Below are positions 31,065-32,000 of a stretch of DNA of 32,000 nt, piece by piece (the stretch's first letter is position 1; each line of letters opens with the position of its first letter). Position numbers and translations under genes: made by a program. This DNA comes from Erysipelotrichaceae bacterium (GTDB taxonomy: Bacteria > Bacillota_I > Bacilli_A > Erysipelotrichales > Erysipelotrichaceae). The stretch is from positions 120,001 through 152,000 of the forward strand of contig JAUVVC010000003.1 in NCBI GenBank assembly GCA_030604855.1, given 5' to 3'. The notes under the pieces are model-generated. The model saw only the letters and a program-made list of their open reading frames with translations. It ran no database searches and was not told the origin of the DNA.

Positions 31065-32000
31065 ATGAACAAAGTAAAAACACAGCTAAACTTTAAAGCT
31101 TTATTCAAGAATCCCTATGTGCAATTCATCCTCTTTGGTTTGGTTCTGAGCACACTACCCCTATTGTCTATACAATTCAGCTTTATCAAATCGGCATATA
31201 TCACGACGGTCGGTGTGGCACTCATCTATGCCATAGCGGCCTTGGGCCTCAATCTCCTTTTAGGATGGTCAGGCCTCATCTCCTTGGGTACGGCTGGGTT
31301 CATGGGTCTTGCGAGTTATATCTCAGCCTACCTCACCGTGGATATGGGCTTGCCCTTCGAAGTCGCACTGCTTGCGGCCATCCTGGTTCCCACATTCATT
31401 GGTATCTTGGTGGGCTTGGTATCGCTCAAGATTGAAGGTTTGTATCTTGCGATTGCGACTTTGGCGGTATCTGAAATTTTGAGAAAAACCTTTGAAGAAT
31501 TTGATCAGTTCACAGGTGCCTTCAGCGGTAAATCCGCGAAGTTCCCACAGTTGTTTGGCATGTTTCAATTGGATCGTGGCAGCACCTATTGGTTGATCGT
31601 ATTCATTCTGATTCTGGTGATGTTGATTACCTATAACATGGTGAATGGTCAGATCGGAAGAGCATTGAATGCCATGCGTGGTTCTGAAGCTGCGGCTCAA
31701 GCCATGGGCGTCAATCTACTTAAGTATCGTCTTGTCGCCTTTGCCTTGGCAACCATCTTCGCATCGGTTGCGGGTGTATTGTATGTGCATTTCATTCGTT
31801 ATTCCTATCCGTCCTCTTGGACCTTGAAGTTATCCTTGGATTTCCTGGCGATGATCGTCATTGGGGGTCTCCGTTCGATTTATGGAACGGTCTTGGGTGC
31901 ATTCATTGTCTTTGCGGTTCCGGATCTATTCTTAAAACAAATTCCTTATTTCAGTCAGTTGTCGTATACCTTGAATGGTATCTTAATCATCTTGGTCATC
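31065..32000 (+). CDS. Liv/HAAT family ABC transporter permease, LivM-like (3' end outside window)
   Basis: Not in the supplied ORF track because it has no stop in the window. My translation from the ATG at 31065 is open to nt 32000. It reads MNKVKTQLNF...ALIYAIAALGLNLLLGWSGLISLGTAGFMGLASY...GRALNAMRGSEAAAQAMGVNLLKYRLVAFALATIFASVAG, typical of LivM. Confidence 0.8.
   Translation, partial: MNKVKTQLNFKALFKNPYVQFILFGLVLSTLPLLSIQFSFIKSAYITTVGVALIYAIAALGLNLLLGWSGLISLGTAGFMGLASYISAYLTVDMGLPFEVALLAAILVPTFIGILVGLVSLKIEGLYLAIATLAVSEILRKTFEEFDQFTGAFSGKSAKFPQLFGMFQLDRGSTYWLIVFILILVMLITYNMVNGQIGRALNAMRGSEAAAQAMGVNLLKYRLVAFALATIFASVAGVLYVHFIRYSYPSSWTLKLSLDFLAMIVIGGLRSIYGTVLGAFIVFAVPDLFLKQIPYFSQLSYTLNGILIILVI

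Noticed and set aside
1-32000. Mollicutes-type genetic code 4 (TGA = Trp), considered because of the Mycoplasma-like OppF insertion
   Set aside because: TGA serves as the stop of many genes here, often within ATGA or GTGA coupling overlaps (e.g. 16831-16833, 21803-21805, 24311-24313, 25018-25020, 30183-30185). All recognised genes are intact under code 11.
1-32000. CRISPR arrays, IS elements, large direct or inverted repeats, rRNA, riboswitches or T-boxes
   Set aside because: The intergenic regions are all short (at most about 185 nt) and are accounted for by promoters, terminators and small palindromes. I saw no regularly spaced repeats or transposase-like ORFs. A computational repeat scan (self dot-plot) and an Rfam scan would be needed to exclude small or degenerate elements.

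Overview
This looks like a chromosomal segment of a low-GC Gram-positive (Bacillota-like) genome. It uses the standard genetic code: TGA acts as a stop, often in ATGA or GTGA overlaps. It has Shine-Dalgarno RBSs (GGAGG type), sigma-A-like promoters and hairpin plus T-run terminators. I can support 32 protein-coding genes (two cut by the window edges) and one tRNA-Leu(CAG). I saw no rRNA, CRISPR array, IS, transposase, integrase or phage genes. From 5492 onward every gene is on the + strand.

Content, left to right:
- PatB/MalY-like C-S lyase (3' end), then VOC and MATE genes on the minus strand.
- DJ-1/PfpI gene and tRNA-Leu.
- pepT plus a DUF438/PAS sensor on the minus strand.
- YczE-like membrane protein.
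- WYL regulator overlapping a degenerate DprA-like gene.
- An 828-aa CoA-disulfide-reductase/rhodanese/TusA/DsrE fusion.
- A nine-gene operon: Opp/Dpp-type ABC importer, cytoplasmic gamma-glutamyltransferase, and a split CHR (chromate-ion-transporter family) pair.
- msrB plus a SWIM-finger protein.
- A mannitol PTS locus (IIC, IIB, mtlR, IIB-IIA, mtlD).
- A tightly coupled operon of thiolase, FabG-like reductase, alpha/beta-hydrolase and KAS III-like enzyme, running straight into Liv-type ABC permeases at the window edge.

Best candidates for something undescribed:
1. The WYL/DprA-like (SLOG-fold) gene pair at 6193-8035.
2. The thiolase/SDR/hydrolase/KAS III-like/Liv operon at 26231-32000. Its KAS III-like enzyme appears to carry Cys-His-His instead of Cys-His-Asn.
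3. The Opp-GGT-CHR operon, whose OppF-like ATPase has a roughly 210-aa coiled-coil-like insertion.

All product calls rest on motifs I recognised by eye in the supplied translations. No database search, HMM scan or structure prediction was run, and coordinates of small sites were hand-counted.
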